From a virus: a stretch of DNA of 64,000 nucleotides. The notes under the pieces were generated by a model. That model saw only the letters and a list, made by a program, of their open reading frames with translations, was not told where the DNA came from and did not search any database. The stretch lies in IMG/VR virus record IMGVR_UViG_3300045988_154892. One strand, 5' to 3'. The position numbers and the translations under genes were made by a program. Below are positions 25,837 to 35,374 of the stretch, in pieces; position 1 is the first letter of the stretch; each line of letters starts with the position of its first letter.

Positions 25837-28086
25837 TTGAGTAATATTGTAGAATTTAAATGCGTCCCAGAACGATGTGTTTACAACTCTGAAAACTTTA
25901 AAATCTATGGCGTATCAATTAACCCATTTGATTATCCAGATATTAAAGTAAATAAATATAATAATGTCACTATTAAAGGAAACATTTCCGAATTAAATCT
26001 TGGTGTAGATTATTCTGTTAAGGCAAAGGAGGTATCCGATTCCTATGGAGTCGGATACGAAGTTTTAAATGTGAAACGAGAGAAGCCTACAACATTAGAT
26101 GCGACAAAGAATTTCTTATACGAGATTTTAACACCAAATCAAACAGATACATTATTGGCGGTATATCCAGATATTGTTGACAGAGTTATTCATAATCGTT
26201 TGGATGATATTGATTTATCCAAAACAAAGGGTATTAAAGAATATACATTCAATGTCATTAAAAGAAAAATTATTGAAAATTTTAAGTTGGCAGATATTGT
26301 AGAAGAGTTTAAAGGATTATTTAACATGTCTGTTGTAAAAAAACTTTATGAAAAATATACATCTGTAGATAAAATCAAAGAAAAGCTTCGAGAAGAACCA
26401 TATCAATGCTTGTGCAGGTTAGGTGGAATTGGATTCAAAACGGCTGATTCACTGCTTTTGACATTAGATAAAGAAGCAAAAAAATGTGCCGAAACAGGCG
26501 AAAAACCAATCTTGTATTTTGGATTCGATTTAGTAACATCTTACCAAAGGGCGAAAGCATGTGTTGATTTCATCTTAGATGAGAATGAAATATCTGGAAA
26601 TACATATATGGACGTTGGGGAATTAAAAAGAAAGTTTGATGTCCTAGTTCCAGAAGCAAAAAATAATTTAGGAGTAATTCTAAAAGGCGATAATGATGTA
26701 ATTTTTAATCGTGATCTCATGTGCGTATGTAGGGAAGAAACTTATGACACTGAGCAATATGTTGCGGATAGGATTAAAGAGGCTGTCCAAATTAATATAA
26801 AATGGGATTATGACCTGGAGCAATTTAAAGAACTGGATGGATTTACATTAACAGAGGAACAATGTAAAACATCAAAATATATGTGTGATCATAATATTGT
26901 GTTATTAGTCGGTTATGCTGGATCGGGAAAGAGCAGTTCTACACAAGCATTTGTAAATTTGCTTGATACATACCATAAATCATATATGTTATTAGCACCT
27001 ACAGGAAGAGCTGCCAAAGTGCTAACTGGATATACAGGAAAAGAAGCTCAAACAATTCATAGAGGATTATGTTATATGCCACCAGGGAGATGGGAATATA
27101 ATTCAGAAAATAAATTACCGCATGATGTAATTATTGTAGATGAATTTTCTATGGTTGATATTTTTCTGTTTAAGCATTTGGTTGAAGCAATTGATTTTTC
27201 ACGCACAAAATTATTATTGATTGGAGACGATGCGCAGATCCCATCTGTAGGAGCAGGAAACGTACTTTACGATTTACTCAAATGGGAACATGTGCCAACA
27301 GTAACGTTGAATAAAATCTTCAGATACGGAGCAGGTGGTTTGTCAAGCGTGGCTACGGATATTCGTCAAGGCAAGGAATACTTAGATAAAACTAAAACAG
27401 GAATTCAAATTTTTGGAGATGATCAAGCATATGTATTTGTACCGTTAGATCAAACAAAGATAATTGATTATACAGTTAAACTGTACCAAACACTTTTGAC
27501 CAAAGGATATTCATTAGAAGACATTGGTGTATTATCTTGTTACAACGTTGGCGATTATGGAACTATCGTTTTAAATCAGAAGCTTCAAGAAGTGATAAAT
27601 GATACAACGGAATATATTAAGTTCGGAGAGAATGAATATCGCCTTAATGATATTGTTATGAATTATTCAAATGACTACAAGGCTGTACTATATTCAGAAG
27701 AGAATATTAGCAAGGATGATAAAGGACAAGAAAAAACATTTATTGCAAATGGTGAAGCAGGTATTGTAAAGCATGTAAACAAAGATAATATTGTTGTGGA
27801 TTATGATGGTACCTTGATTTACTATGAAAAAGGACAGTTGAAAAATATTAAACTTGCCTATGCAATTAGTACGCATAAATCACAGGGAGGATCTTTTAAA
27901 GTTGTAATTATGCTTACACCTAAGAGCCATACATTTATGCTTAATTCGAATCTTCTATATGTTGGAGTAAGTAGAGCAAAAGAACGTTGCTATCACCTTG
28001 GAGAAATTCGAACAGTTAATATGGCTTTAAAGAAAAAAGAAAATTTTGATAGAAAAACTTTATTATTAACTCTATTAAATCAATAA
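25837..28086 (+). CDS. RecD-like SF1 DNA helicase
   Basis: Motif I GYAGSGKSS, motif II IIVDEFSMVD, motif V/VI AISTHKSQGGSF and LYVGVSRAKE. Confidence 0.85.
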   Translation: MSNIVEFKCVPERCVYNSENFKIYGVSINPFDYPDIKVNKYNNVTIKGNISELNLGVDYSVKAKEVSDSYGVGYEVLNVKREKPTTLDATKNFLYEILTPNQTDTLLAVYPDIVDRVIHNRLDDIDLSKTKGIKEYTFNVIKRKIIENFKLADIVEEFKGLFNMSVVKKLYEKYTSVDKIKEKLREEPYQCLCRLGGIGFKTADSLLLTLDKEAKKCAETGEKPILYFGFDLVTSYQRAKACVDFILDENEISGNTYMDVGELKRKFDVLVPEAKNNLGVILKGDNDVIFNRDLMCVCREETYDTEQYVADRIKEAVQINIKWDYDLEQFKELDGFTLTEEQCKTSKYMCDHNIVLLVGYAGSGKSSSTQAFVNLLDTYHKSYMLLAPTGRAAKVLTGYTGKEAQTIHRGLCYMPPGRWEYNSENKLPHDVIIVDEFSMVDIFLFKHLVEAIDFSRTKLLLIGDDAQIPSVGAGNVLYDLLKWEHVPTVTLNKIFRYGAGGLSSVATDIRQGKEYLDKTKTGIQIFGDDQAYVFVPLDQTKIIDYTVKLYQTLLTKGYSLEDIGVLSCYNVGDYGTIVLNQKLQEVINDTTEYIKFGENEYRLNDIVMNYSNDYKAVLYSEENISKDDKGQEKTFIANGEAGIVKHVNKDNIVVDYDGTLIYYEKGQLKNIKLAYAISTHKSQGGSFKVVIMLTPKSHTFMLNSNLLYVGVSRAKERCYHLGEIRTVNMALKKKENFDRKTLLLTLLNQ

Positions 28087-28103
28087 GCATAGGAGGAGAA
28101 TAT

Positions 28104-28340
28104 ATGTTTACAGCACAAGAAGCAAGAAATATATCGAACAAAGCATACAAAGAGCAAATAGATGCCGAATTAGCGTCTATTGTGCCTGAAATCGAGGCAG
28201 CAATGCGTAAGGGTGAGTACAGTTGTTGGATTTATGAAACTAACATTTCATCAGCCACAATTGCTTATCTGAAAGAACTAGGATACAAAATTACATCTTC
28301 AACACAGTATAATGAAACAGAATACAAGATTACGTGGTAG
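28104..28340 (+). CDS. hypothetical protein
   Basis: ORF track. AGGAGGAG SD upstream. Confidence 0.55.
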   Translation: MFTAQEARNISNKAYKEQIDAELASIVPEIEAAMRKGEYSCWIYETNISSATIAYLKELGYKITSSTQYNETEYKITW

Positions 28341-28352
28341 GAGAATGAAAAT

Positions 28353-28811
28353 ATGAAGTTAAGTGAAATAACGGAATACATTGCAGACAATTATCCAGAA
28401 TCTAATATCGCATATAACAACGATGTCATAAAGGGATGCAGAGAAGAATGGTACGAAGAAAGTCTTATCGATCCACTGCTAGATTTTTACATGCACGAAG
28501 AATTAGGTCTATGCGGATGTGGAAATCCAGAATTTACATATGAGACGATAAGAAGATATCTAAATATACGAAACGAATTTGTAATATCAAAAATTGATTA
28601 TCAGGAGGTTATTGATAGATACAAAAATGATCTTTTGCTTGATTATTATAACGACATTCAATATGGTCTATTACAATTCATGATGTATATTCTTGATGAC
28701 AAAGATTTTACAACACATGGGAGTAGTATTGATGGATGCTGGTTAACTAAAAAAGGACAAAGATTATTGACAGTTCTGGAAGCATGGAGAACAAGAGAAG
28801 ATAAAGAATAA
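28353..28811 (+). CDS. hypothetical protein
   Basis: ORF track. TAGGAGAA SD upstream. Confidence 0.55.
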   Translation: MKLSEITEYIADNYPESNIAYNNDVIKGCREEWYEESLIDPLLDFYMHEELGLCGCGNPEFTYETIRRYLNIRNEFVISKIDYQEVIDRYKNDLLLDYYNDIQYGLLQFMMYILDDKDFTTHGSSIDGCWLTKKGQRLLTVLEAWRTREDKE

Positions 28812-28848
28812 TTTGTCAGGATGATAAAAGATGGAAGGCTGATGAGCT

Positions 28849-29622
28849 ATGGCAGTATATGTGACTGGTGATATACATGGAGATCCTACCAGGTTAAGTA
28901 AAAATAGTTTCTACGAACAAAAGGATTTTTCTAATAACAAAGATGAAAATGTAGTTATTATTCTTGGAGATTTCGGTCTTGTTTGGAATAGAAATAAGGA
29001 AAGTAAACAAGAAAAGTACTGGTTAGATTGGCTTAACAAAAAACCGTTTACAACAGTATTTGTAGATGGGAATCATGAAAATCACAAAAGACTTTCAACT
29101 TATCCTATAAAAGAATGGCATGGTGGCAAAGTACATGAGATAAGAACCCATGTATTACATCTTATACGAGGAGAAGTATTTACAATTGATGAAACAAAGT
29201 TCTTCGCTTTTGGTGGAGCAAGCAGCCATGATATTCAAGATGGCATTCTTGATTGCGATGATTCTAATTGGCAGGAAAAAGCAAAGAAACTTGATAAACA
29301 AGGTAAATATATGTATCGTGTTAAGGATTTATCTTGGTGGGAAGAGGAATTGCCAACTGATGAGGAAATGCGGCATGGAATTAATGTATTAAAAGAGAAT
29401 AACAATATGGTCGATTTTATTATTACCCACAGTCCTTCGACGTCAGAATTATATCTTATGAGTGGTAATAATTTATATGAACCAGATGTCCTTACAAATT
29501 ATCTAGAAGATATAAAAGTTACGACAAAATATAAAAGGCATTTATTTGGACATATGCATATTAATAAAGCTATTAATGACAAAGATATTTGCTTATATGA
29601 ACAAATTATTAGACTATTATAA
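28849..29622 (+). CDS. calcineurin-like metallophosphoesterase
   Basis: GDIHGD, ILGDFG, VDGNHEN and GHMH motifs in canonical order. Confidence 0.8.
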   Translation: MAVYVTGDIHGDPTRLSKNSFYEQKDFSNNKDENVVIILGDFGLVWNRNKESKQEKYWLDWLNKKPFTTVFVDGNHENHKRLSTYPIKEWHGGKVHEIRTHVLHLIRGEVFTIDETKFFAFGGASSHDIQDGILDCDDSNWQEKAKKLDKQGKYMYRVKDLSWWEEELPTDEEMRHGINVLKENNNMVDFIITHSPSTSELYLMSGNNLYEPDVLTNYLEDIKVTTKYKRHLFGHMHINKAINDKDICLYEQIIRLL

Positions 29623-29637
29623 GGAAGTGATTATGTA

Positions 29638-29816
29638 ATGTGCAGATATTGTAACTATGAATCTGATGACAATCGAATTTTTATTGATCCACTGATTAAT
29701 GAATATTATTTGGATATCGAAACGATGGTATGTGATAGTTATGATGATGGTTTTTTCATGATAAAGAATATATCAATTATTGTCCATGGTGCGGAAGAAA
29801 ATTGACGAAAGAATGA
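29638..29816 (+). pseudogene. small Zn-ribbon protein (paralog of 31946..32137) broken at a T6 run
   Basis: ATG 29638 encodes MCRYCNYESDD...DDGFF. The frame after T6 (29751-56) that encodes HDKEYINYCPWCGRKLTKE* is reached only if one T is added. The paralog ends ...YCPVCGRKL. Confidence 0.45.
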
Positions 29817-29825
29817 GATATCGTT

Positions 29826-30017
29826 ATGGAAAAGAAAATTGTTGACTATAGAAAAAGACATAGACGATGTAAATACTGTAAATATAATGTGCTTGTAATG
29901 CCAAAGGACATGTATACACCAGACTACTATGTATGCAAAGTGAAAGATAAAATTATAGAAGATTGGTTTGTCGAGTATTTACCAAGAATATTTTGTTCAT
30001 GTTATGAATTAAAATAA
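29826..30017 (+). CDS. Cys-rich hypothetical protein
   Basis: ORF track. CKYCKY...CKV...CSC. Confidence 0.45.
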   Translation: MEKKIVDYRKRHRRCKYCKYNVLVMPKDMYTPDYYVCKVKDKIIEDWFVEYLPRIFCSCYELK

Positions 30018-30021
30018 ATAA

Positions 30022-30178
30022 TGTGTGGTGGCGGAATATGTAGACGCTAATGACAGATAGGTTGCTCTAACGGTTCAATTCCGTCGGTATCTGAAACAGT
30101 GAAATAGCTGATGATACTGGGTCTGATTAGGCAGAAGGGTGTGAGTAGCTATGTATGGTGAAAATCCATACCCACATA
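30022..30178 (+). ncRNA. tRNA-like structured RNA candidate (non-canonical)
   Basis: TGTGTGG (30022-28) pairs with CCACATA (30172-78), stacked on hairpin GTATGG-TGAAAAT-CCATAC (30153-71). The 5' side is TG + GCGGAATATGTAGACGC, nearly identical to the D arm of the tRNA-Leu at 14025. An internal T-arm-like ACGG-TTCAATT-CCGT lies at 30070-84. No cloverleaf could be completed. Confidence 0.3.
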
Positions 30179-30210
30179 TTATAGAAAAATTGAAAGGAAG
30201 AAACTAAAAG

Positions 30211-30672
30211 ATGAATAAAGAATTAGAAAATAAAGCATTAGAGATTATTCAGAAATTGCAAACATATAATCCAGCAGCGGGAGATGATTCTAGATGGTTT
30301 AAACAATGTTTATTAGATTTAGAAGATATAATTATTGATGATGAAATTTCGCCAAAAGAGCGCGAAAGATTGAAACGCATTGAAAATCGTAAAAAGCTTG
30401 GCACAAATATGGATAATACACTTTATGTTAATATGAATAAAAATAATATTCAAATTGCAGTGTCTGCACCGCAAGCTGAAATCGCATATTCAAAATGGTG
30501 TTCTAAAACAGACGCTGCAGCAGATATTATTATAGAAATGTGTTCCAGATATGGTGTAAAACAGATTTTCATTCAAGATGATCATTTTGGAACTAATCTT
30601 CTCGATCTGCTTAGTCAAAAAGGGATGGATGATTCTATGGATATTGTCAAATTTAATTATATGGAAGCATAA
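30211..30672 (+). CDS. hypothetical protein
   Basis: ORF track. AAAGGAAG SD upstream. Confidence 0.55.
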   Translation: MNKELENKALEIIQKLQTYNPAAGDDSRWFKQCLLDLEDIIIDDEISPKERERLKRIENRKKLGTNMDNTLYVNMNKNNIQIAVSAPQAEIAYSKWCSKTDAAADIIIEMCSRYGVKQIFIQDDHFGTNLLDLLSQKGMDDSMDIVKFNYMEA

Positions 30673-30780
30673 AGTATCTTAATTAAGTGTATGTGTTTAA
30701 ATCTAGAGAAATTCATGAAAGATAATTAATGAATCTTGATTTATTGAGGATCTGAAAAAAAATGGAGACAGTAGAAGATT

Positions 30781-31224
30781 ATGAATAGAGAAATACTTTT
30801 TAGAGGGAAACGTGTCGATAATGGTGAATGGGTAGATGGATATTTGTTTGACGATGGTTATCAAAAACCTAGGCACGTTTTTGTCGGTGATTTGGTGATT
30901 GCCGAGTATAATGGAATGGCTTGTGACGAATGGGACATTGAAGGCATTGGTTTTTATGATGTTGACCCGAATACAGTTTGCCAGTACACAGGGCTGACCG
31001 ACAAGATCGGAAAGAAAATCTTTGAGGGAGATATTGTTCAGGTTGGATGGTATAAGGGAACAGTTGTGTATGAAAACGGATGCTTCGCAATTAAGTGGAA
31101 CAATATTAAGTTTCTCGGAAAAGACTTGGGATATTGGGCGGATTTAGATGGTTTCCATACTGTAGGCAACATATTTGACAATCCTGAACTGTTGGAAGAT
31201 GAAAATGAAAAAACGCAAAGATAA
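30781..31224 (+). CDS. YopX-family protein
   Basis: REILFRGKRVDNGEWVDGYL ... GNIFDNPELLE matches YopX-type phage proteins. Confidence 0.65.
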   Translation: MNREILFRGKRVDNGEWVDGYLFDDGYQKPRHVFVGDLVIAEYNGMACDEWDIEGIGFYDVDPNTVCQYTGLTDKIGKKIFEGDIVQVGWYKGTVVYENGCFAIKWNNIKFLGKDLGYWADLDGFHTVGNIFDNPELLEDENEKTQR

Positions 31225-31241
31225 TAAAGGAAGGAAAAAGA

Positions 31242-31826
31242 ATGATGAAATATAAAGTTGGAGATAAAATTAAAATTGTCAGAGCAACTACTGGTTGTTA
31301 TGGCGCAGAAGGAAAAATTGGTATTATTACTAATAGACCTTCTACAGATGGTCTTACTTGTTACCAAGACGGTTTTAACGTAGATTGTGGCGATGAACAT
31401 GTTTGGAGAATTGGTTTTGAATCAGAATTCGAACTATTAGACGAATTGACAGCAGCGGAAGCAACTAAGATTTTAGGCGAAATTTGTTGCGAACATAAAT
31501 GCCTTAATGGATGTCCTATTGGTAAAGTAAAAGGGAAGATAACGTGTCAAGATTTCCGAAAAGATAAACCTGAACAAGTTATTGAAATCCTTAAACAGTG
31601 GAAGAAAGACCATGAGAAAAAAGAAATAGAGACTGAAATCGTAGACCTTATTCGAGTTATGAAAGAAGTATATGATGACGAAACATGTATATATGCTTAT
31701 GAAATTGACGTAAATAAGGAAGACATTAACGAGAAAATGAAAGAGTTGGTAAAAAAGTATTCTAACGAACAAAACGGAAAAATTTACGCCAAATATGAGC
31801 GTATTTGTAGAGTAATACGAGCATGA
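31242..31826 (+). CDS. hypothetical protein
   Basis: ORF track. AAGGAAGG SD upstream. Confidence 0.55.
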   Translation: MMKYKVGDKIKIVRATTGCYGAEGKIGIITNRPSTDGLTCYQDGFNVDCGDEHVWRIGFESEFELLDELTAAEATKILGEICCEHKCLNGCPIGKVKGKITCQDFRKDKPEQVIEILKQWKKDHEKKEIETEIVDLIRVMKEVYDDETCIYAYEIDVNKEDINEKMKELVKKYSNEQNGKIYAKYERICRVIRA

Positions 31827-31945
31827 AATGTCGATTTCAATTGAGTGATGATATAACAGTGTAGTTTAAATAGTTATCTACCATGTGAGCCTAATAGCAG
31901 CATCTCAAGGATAGAACAGCCATCAACAGAAAGGATTAAAAATAA

Positions 31946-32137
31946 ATGTGTGATTTTTGCAATAAAATATACAATGAAGATGAATTGAACAGTCAATATT
32001 GCCGTGAAGTATGTGATTGTATTACATATGATGAAAATAACAATCATTATAACTTTTGGCACGAGTGTTATGATGATTATTACACTGGCAATATTATGGA
32101 AATTAAGTATTGTCCTGTATGTGGAAGGAAATTATGA
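31946..32137 (+). CDS. small Zn-ribbon protein
   Basis: MCDFCNK...YCPVCGRKL. Paralog of the broken ORF at 29638. Confidence 0.55.
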   Translation: MCDFCNKIYNEDELNSQYCREVCDCITYDENNNHYNFWHECYDDYYTGNIMEIKYCPVCGRKL

Positions 32138-32352
32138 AAATTATTGTAGATGAGATGCCAAGATGTGCAAGTGAATGTCCTTTATCAAGAATGGAATGTG
32201 GTAGCGATTGGTTTTGTAGTAAATATAGATCTGAGTGTAATGTAGACATGTGTGACCTGCTTAAACCAATTACAGATTATGTTTTTGAGGAACGTATTGC
32301 AGAGAATATTACTAAGAGAATTCCGTTGGTAGATATTAAAAATGAGAGGTAA
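32134..32352 (+). CDS. Cys-rich hypothetical protein
   Basis: Same frame as track ORF 32110..32352. ATG 32134 follows GGAAGG and overlaps the upstream stop (ATGA). Confidence 0.5.
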   Translation: MKIIVDEMPRCASECPLSRMECGSDWFCSKYRSECNVDMCDLLKPITDYVFEERIAENITKRIPLVDIKNER

Positions 32353-32360
32353 AGTAAGTT

Positions 32361-32591
32361 ATGAGTGGTTTTGATTTTTCCAACAAAATATTAATTGATT
32401 CTACAGAATTTCAACAGAAAGTTTTAGATTATATTTATTCTGGTGAAATTGATAAGATGATTGATACGACAGTGTTCAAAGACAATCAAGAATGCAAACA
32501 AGCTATAATTCATGGGATGGTAATAGCTTCGATGCTGACAAGTAGATGCACATTTTATGAATTAACGGGAGAACAGATAAATGAAAATTAA
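32361..32591 (+). CDS. hypothetical protein
   Basis: ORF track. GAGAGG SD upstream. Confidence 0.5.
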   Translation: MSGFDFSNKILIDSTEFQQKVLDYIYSGEIDKMIDTTVFKDNQECKQAIIHGMVIASMLTSRCTFYELTGEQINEN

Positions 32592-32868
32592 TTTAGAAAA
32601 CATATATATCCCATGTATGAATTGTATAATGCGAAGACATTCATACTCACCTGATGATAAGTTGTGTCAAAGTTGCGAATATAATATTTCTATCCAGATG
32701 TTAAAAGAAGTATTAAAACAGAATGATTACTGTAATCTATGCAAATATGTAGAGCGTATTAAAGGTGGATATACAGATTGTAGTGTAGGTCGTGAAGGAT
32801 GGAGAGATTGTCAAAATTATACAATTGACTGGAATGCAGTAGCGAAAGAATATTTAGAGAAAGAATAA
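32581..32868 (+). CDS. Cys-rich hypothetical protein
   Basis: ORF track. CMNC...CQSC...CNLC. Confidence 0.5.
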   Translation: MKINLENIYIPCMNCIMRRHSYSPDDKLCQSCEYNISIQMLKEVLKQNDYCNLCKYVERIKGGYTDCSVGREGWRDCQNYTIDWNAVAKEYLEKE

Positions 32869-32910
32869 CGAAATCACTCTTTCATTTGGAAAATTTAAGG
32901 AGATAATAAT

Positions 32911-33174
32911 ATGATTGGTATGCACGAAGATTATAATTATCACAATATTTTCAAAGAATATGCAGAAAATATTTCGGGAAAATGGTTTAAAGAAAACTAT
33001 CTTCAGATTGTTGGAACTAAAACTGTAGATGATTATATGTATGTAAAAGGATTTGATGGTGGATTTCCACATACAAGTGCTTATGTAAAAATTGACATGA
33101 AAGAGAATAAGATTGTTGATTATTATAACGCACATAGCTGCCCTGTTGAAGTAAAGGATGGAATATATGAATAA
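32911..33174 (+). CDS. hypothetical protein
   Basis: ORF track. TAAGGAGA SD upstream. Confidence 0.55.
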   Translation: MIGMHEDYNYHNIFKEYAENISGKWFKENYLQIVGTKTVDDYMYVKGFDGGFPHTSAYVKIDMKENKIVDYYNAHSCPVEVKDGIYE

Positions 33175-33448
33175 GGCAATTTTATTAGTATTTTGTCACT
33201 TGGTTGGTGATTATGTTTTACAAAATGATTTTATTGCAAAGACCAAGGGAAGTAATTGGTATCATTTGTTCGTACATTGTGCGTTGTATTGTTTACCATT
33301 TTATCTTGCCTTTGGATTAACTTGGCAGCTTGGAGTTGTTTTTTTGACACACTGTATTATTGATCCGCTAAAGGCGAGATATCAAAAAATATCATATGTA
33401 ACAGATCAAGTTTTGCATTATTTGGTATCATTCGTTTATTTTTTGTAA
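33158..33448 (+). CDS. DUF3307-like membrane protein
   Basis: HLVGDYVLQNDFIA followed by hydrophobic helices and a second H...IDP motif. Confidence 0.5.
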   Translation: MEYMNKAILLVFCHLVGDYVLQNDFIAKTKGSNWYHLFVHCALYCLPFYLAFGLTWQLGVVFLTHCIIDPLKARYQKISYVTDQVLHYLVSFVYFL

Positions 33449-33461
33449 AAACAGAAACGAA

Positions 33462-33737
33462 GTGAGTAAAACTATGAAACATGATAAATTTACAATTACA
33501 ACAAAAGAATTAGATTTTATGAAACTGAATAAAAAGATCCACACTTATGAATTTGAGAATGGATATAAACCATATTTGTTTATGAATGAAGATACAATTG
33601 ACGAATTAGTAAACATAATTGGACTTTCTTGTAACGGATTAACAGGCGTTCAGTCAAATGGTTTGTGCGGAACATATTGTGGAATGAAAACTTTTTGTGA
33701 TAATACAATGCAATTTGGTGATGTAGAAATGAGGTGA
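33462..33737 (+). CDS. hypothetical protein
   Basis: ORF track. The start is uncertain: GTG 33462 or ATG 33474. Confidence 0.45.
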   Translation: MSKTMKHDKFTITTKELDFMKLNKKIHTYEFENGYKPYLFMNEDTIDELVNIIGLSCNGLTGVQSNGLCGTYCGMKTFCDNTMQFGDVEMR

Positions 33738-34153
33738 GAATTATGCATTATAAAATACCGTATATAACAGGTTTTATTGATAAGTATACAGTTCCAATCA
33801 ATCATGATATCGATTTAGACAGTATAAAAATTTACAAAAGAAACAAAGATAGAACATTAGGTGAAATGGTTTATAACTTTAAAGTAGATTGTAATTCTAC
33901 GCCAGCAACAATTTTTGTTGAAGATTCTTTTGGACAAGAATATTTTTTAAAATATAGTTATTTAACAAAATACACATCGTTCAACAAAATTAAACTTATA
34001 ACAGCAGATGGTTATGCAGTTCTTCGTTATAAAGATTTCATTAGAGAAGGACATAGAATTGACAATGATGATTGGATGGATCTTTTTAAATATCTCGGAT
34101 ATGAAGTAGAATATAAAGAGATTTCTGATGAAGAGGTGGAGGAAATGTTATAA
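33734..34153 (+). CDS. hypothetical protein
   Basis: ORF track. Overlaps the upstream stop by 4 nt. Confidence 0.5.
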   Translation: MRIMHYKIPYITGFIDKYTVPINHDIDLDSIKIYKRNKDRTLGEMVYNFKVDCNSTPATIFVEDSFGQEYFLKYSYLTKYTSFNKIKLITADGYAVLRYKDFIREGHRIDNDDWMDLFKYLGYEVEYKEISDEEVEEML

Positions 34154-34369
34154 ATGATAGATAGCAATGAAACAATGTCTTACATGAACGGGAAAGACAT
34201 TGGATACGTAGAAGGATTTGATGATTGTAAAACCGAGCTTATGGAAGTCATCCGTTCTCTTGCTTGGCGTATTGCGCAATACCAATATCCGAATGTATAT
34301 GATTTTGATGACAAAACGTTAGAGAATATCATGGTAGATGCGGGATTGAATAGAGAATATTTGGAGTGA
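34154..34369 (+). CDS. hypothetical protein
   Basis: ORF track. GGAGGAAA SD upstream. Confidence 0.5.
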   Translation: MIDSNETMSYMNGKDIGYVEGFDDCKTELMEVIRSLAWRIAQYQYPNVYDFDDKTLENIMVDAGLNREYLE

Positions 34370-34375
34370 TGAAAT

Positions 34376-34771
34376 ATGGACGAAAATTATATGAAAGAAT
34401 TTAATAAGCTTAGAATCTTGCCGCGTGATAATCTATCAAAACATGATTATATCAAACGATACTTTTATCAAAATGAAATGATGAGAAAATTATATGACAG
34501 CGAAGAGTTTTCGGATGATCAGCTCTTATATATTTTTAACAATAATACATTAAAAAGACTTGGTTTTCCTCTTAAGCGATGTGGTAAGAAAAGAAGAAAA
34601 CAGAGAAAAGAACGTATTATTTGCAATCCGGTATTTTTCGATATTGTATACAAAACTATGGAAAAGGTTTGGGATCAGTACACACTGGCAGAGTTTATTG
34701 ATCCTTCTAAAAATTTTGTTGATTGTAAAGATCTTCATTTGGGAGATAAAAATATAGAGGTATTATTATGA
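34376..34771 (+). CDS. hypothetical protein with basic KKRRKQRKER patch
   Basis: ORF track. TTGGAG SD upstream. Confidence 0.5.
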   Translation: MDENYMKEFNKLRILPRDNLSKHDYIKRYFYQNEMMRKLYDSEEFSDDQLLYIFNNNTLKRLGFPLKRCGKKRRKQRKERIICNPVFFDIVYKTMEKVWDQYTLAEFIDPSKNFVDCKDLHLGDKNIEVLL

Positions 34772-34983
34772 GTTGGATTATTACATATTTAAAGTGTGAT
34801 CACTGTGGCAAAGAATATAAAGATGTTTATGTCAGCTTTGGACATCCAGAGAAAGATCTTGTATGGAAATGGAAATGTGATGGCTGCAAACATGTTAATG
34901 AAAAACTAATTAAAGCTTGGCCACATAAAGAGATTGATTTTATAGCATTAAAAAACTTGGATTTAAATAAAGAGGAAATATAG
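34768..34983 (+). CDS. small Zn-ribbon protein
   Basis: CDHCGKEY...CDGCKH. Overlaps the upstream stop by 4 nt. Confidence 0.5.
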   Translation: MSWIITYLKCDHCGKEYKDVYVSFGHPEKDLVWKWKCDGCKHVNEKLIKAWPHKEIDFIALKNLDLNKEEI

Positions 34984-34988
34984 CACGA

Positions 34989-35216
34989 ATGAAATTTCAA
35001 AAATATAATTACTTCTCAAACGCCTTAAACAAAAAGTATAAAGTTACTTTCGAAGTTTATAAAGGATACGAGGAAAATATTGTTGGGATATTGTTAAATT
35101 ATAATTCTGGCAATCTTGACTTATATAATGAAGAAAAAGGTGAATTATATCATATTCCATTTTCGGGATTAAAATGGCTTTTGCCTGTAAAAGATAAAAA
35201 CAAAATAAATTCTTAG
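34989..35216 (+). CDS. hypothetical protein
   Basis: ORF track. AGAGGAAA SD upstream. Confidence 0.5.
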   Translation: MKFQKYNYFSNALNKKYKVTFEVYKGYEENIVGILLNYNSGNLDLYNEEKGELYHIPFSGLKWLLPVKDKNKINS

Positions 35217-35374
35217 AGCGTTTCAGCTCAAAAATTTCCAATTGGACAAGAGAATAATATATTAGATGGTTGCAAACATCTAGTTATGAAATTGAATTTT
35301 CATTATATTAAATAAAGAAAGGAGTATGAGATTTGTGCGCACATTAAAGAATTCTTTACTCTTAGTAGTTACTA

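Noticed and set aside
30022-30178. Calling this region a bona fide tRNA gene, or an intron-containing tRNA.
   Set aside because: No anticodon arm can be folded. The terminal hairpin loop TGAAAAT is not a TPsiC loop. The ~100-nt insert is too short for a group I intron. It is kept only as a tRNA-like candidate.
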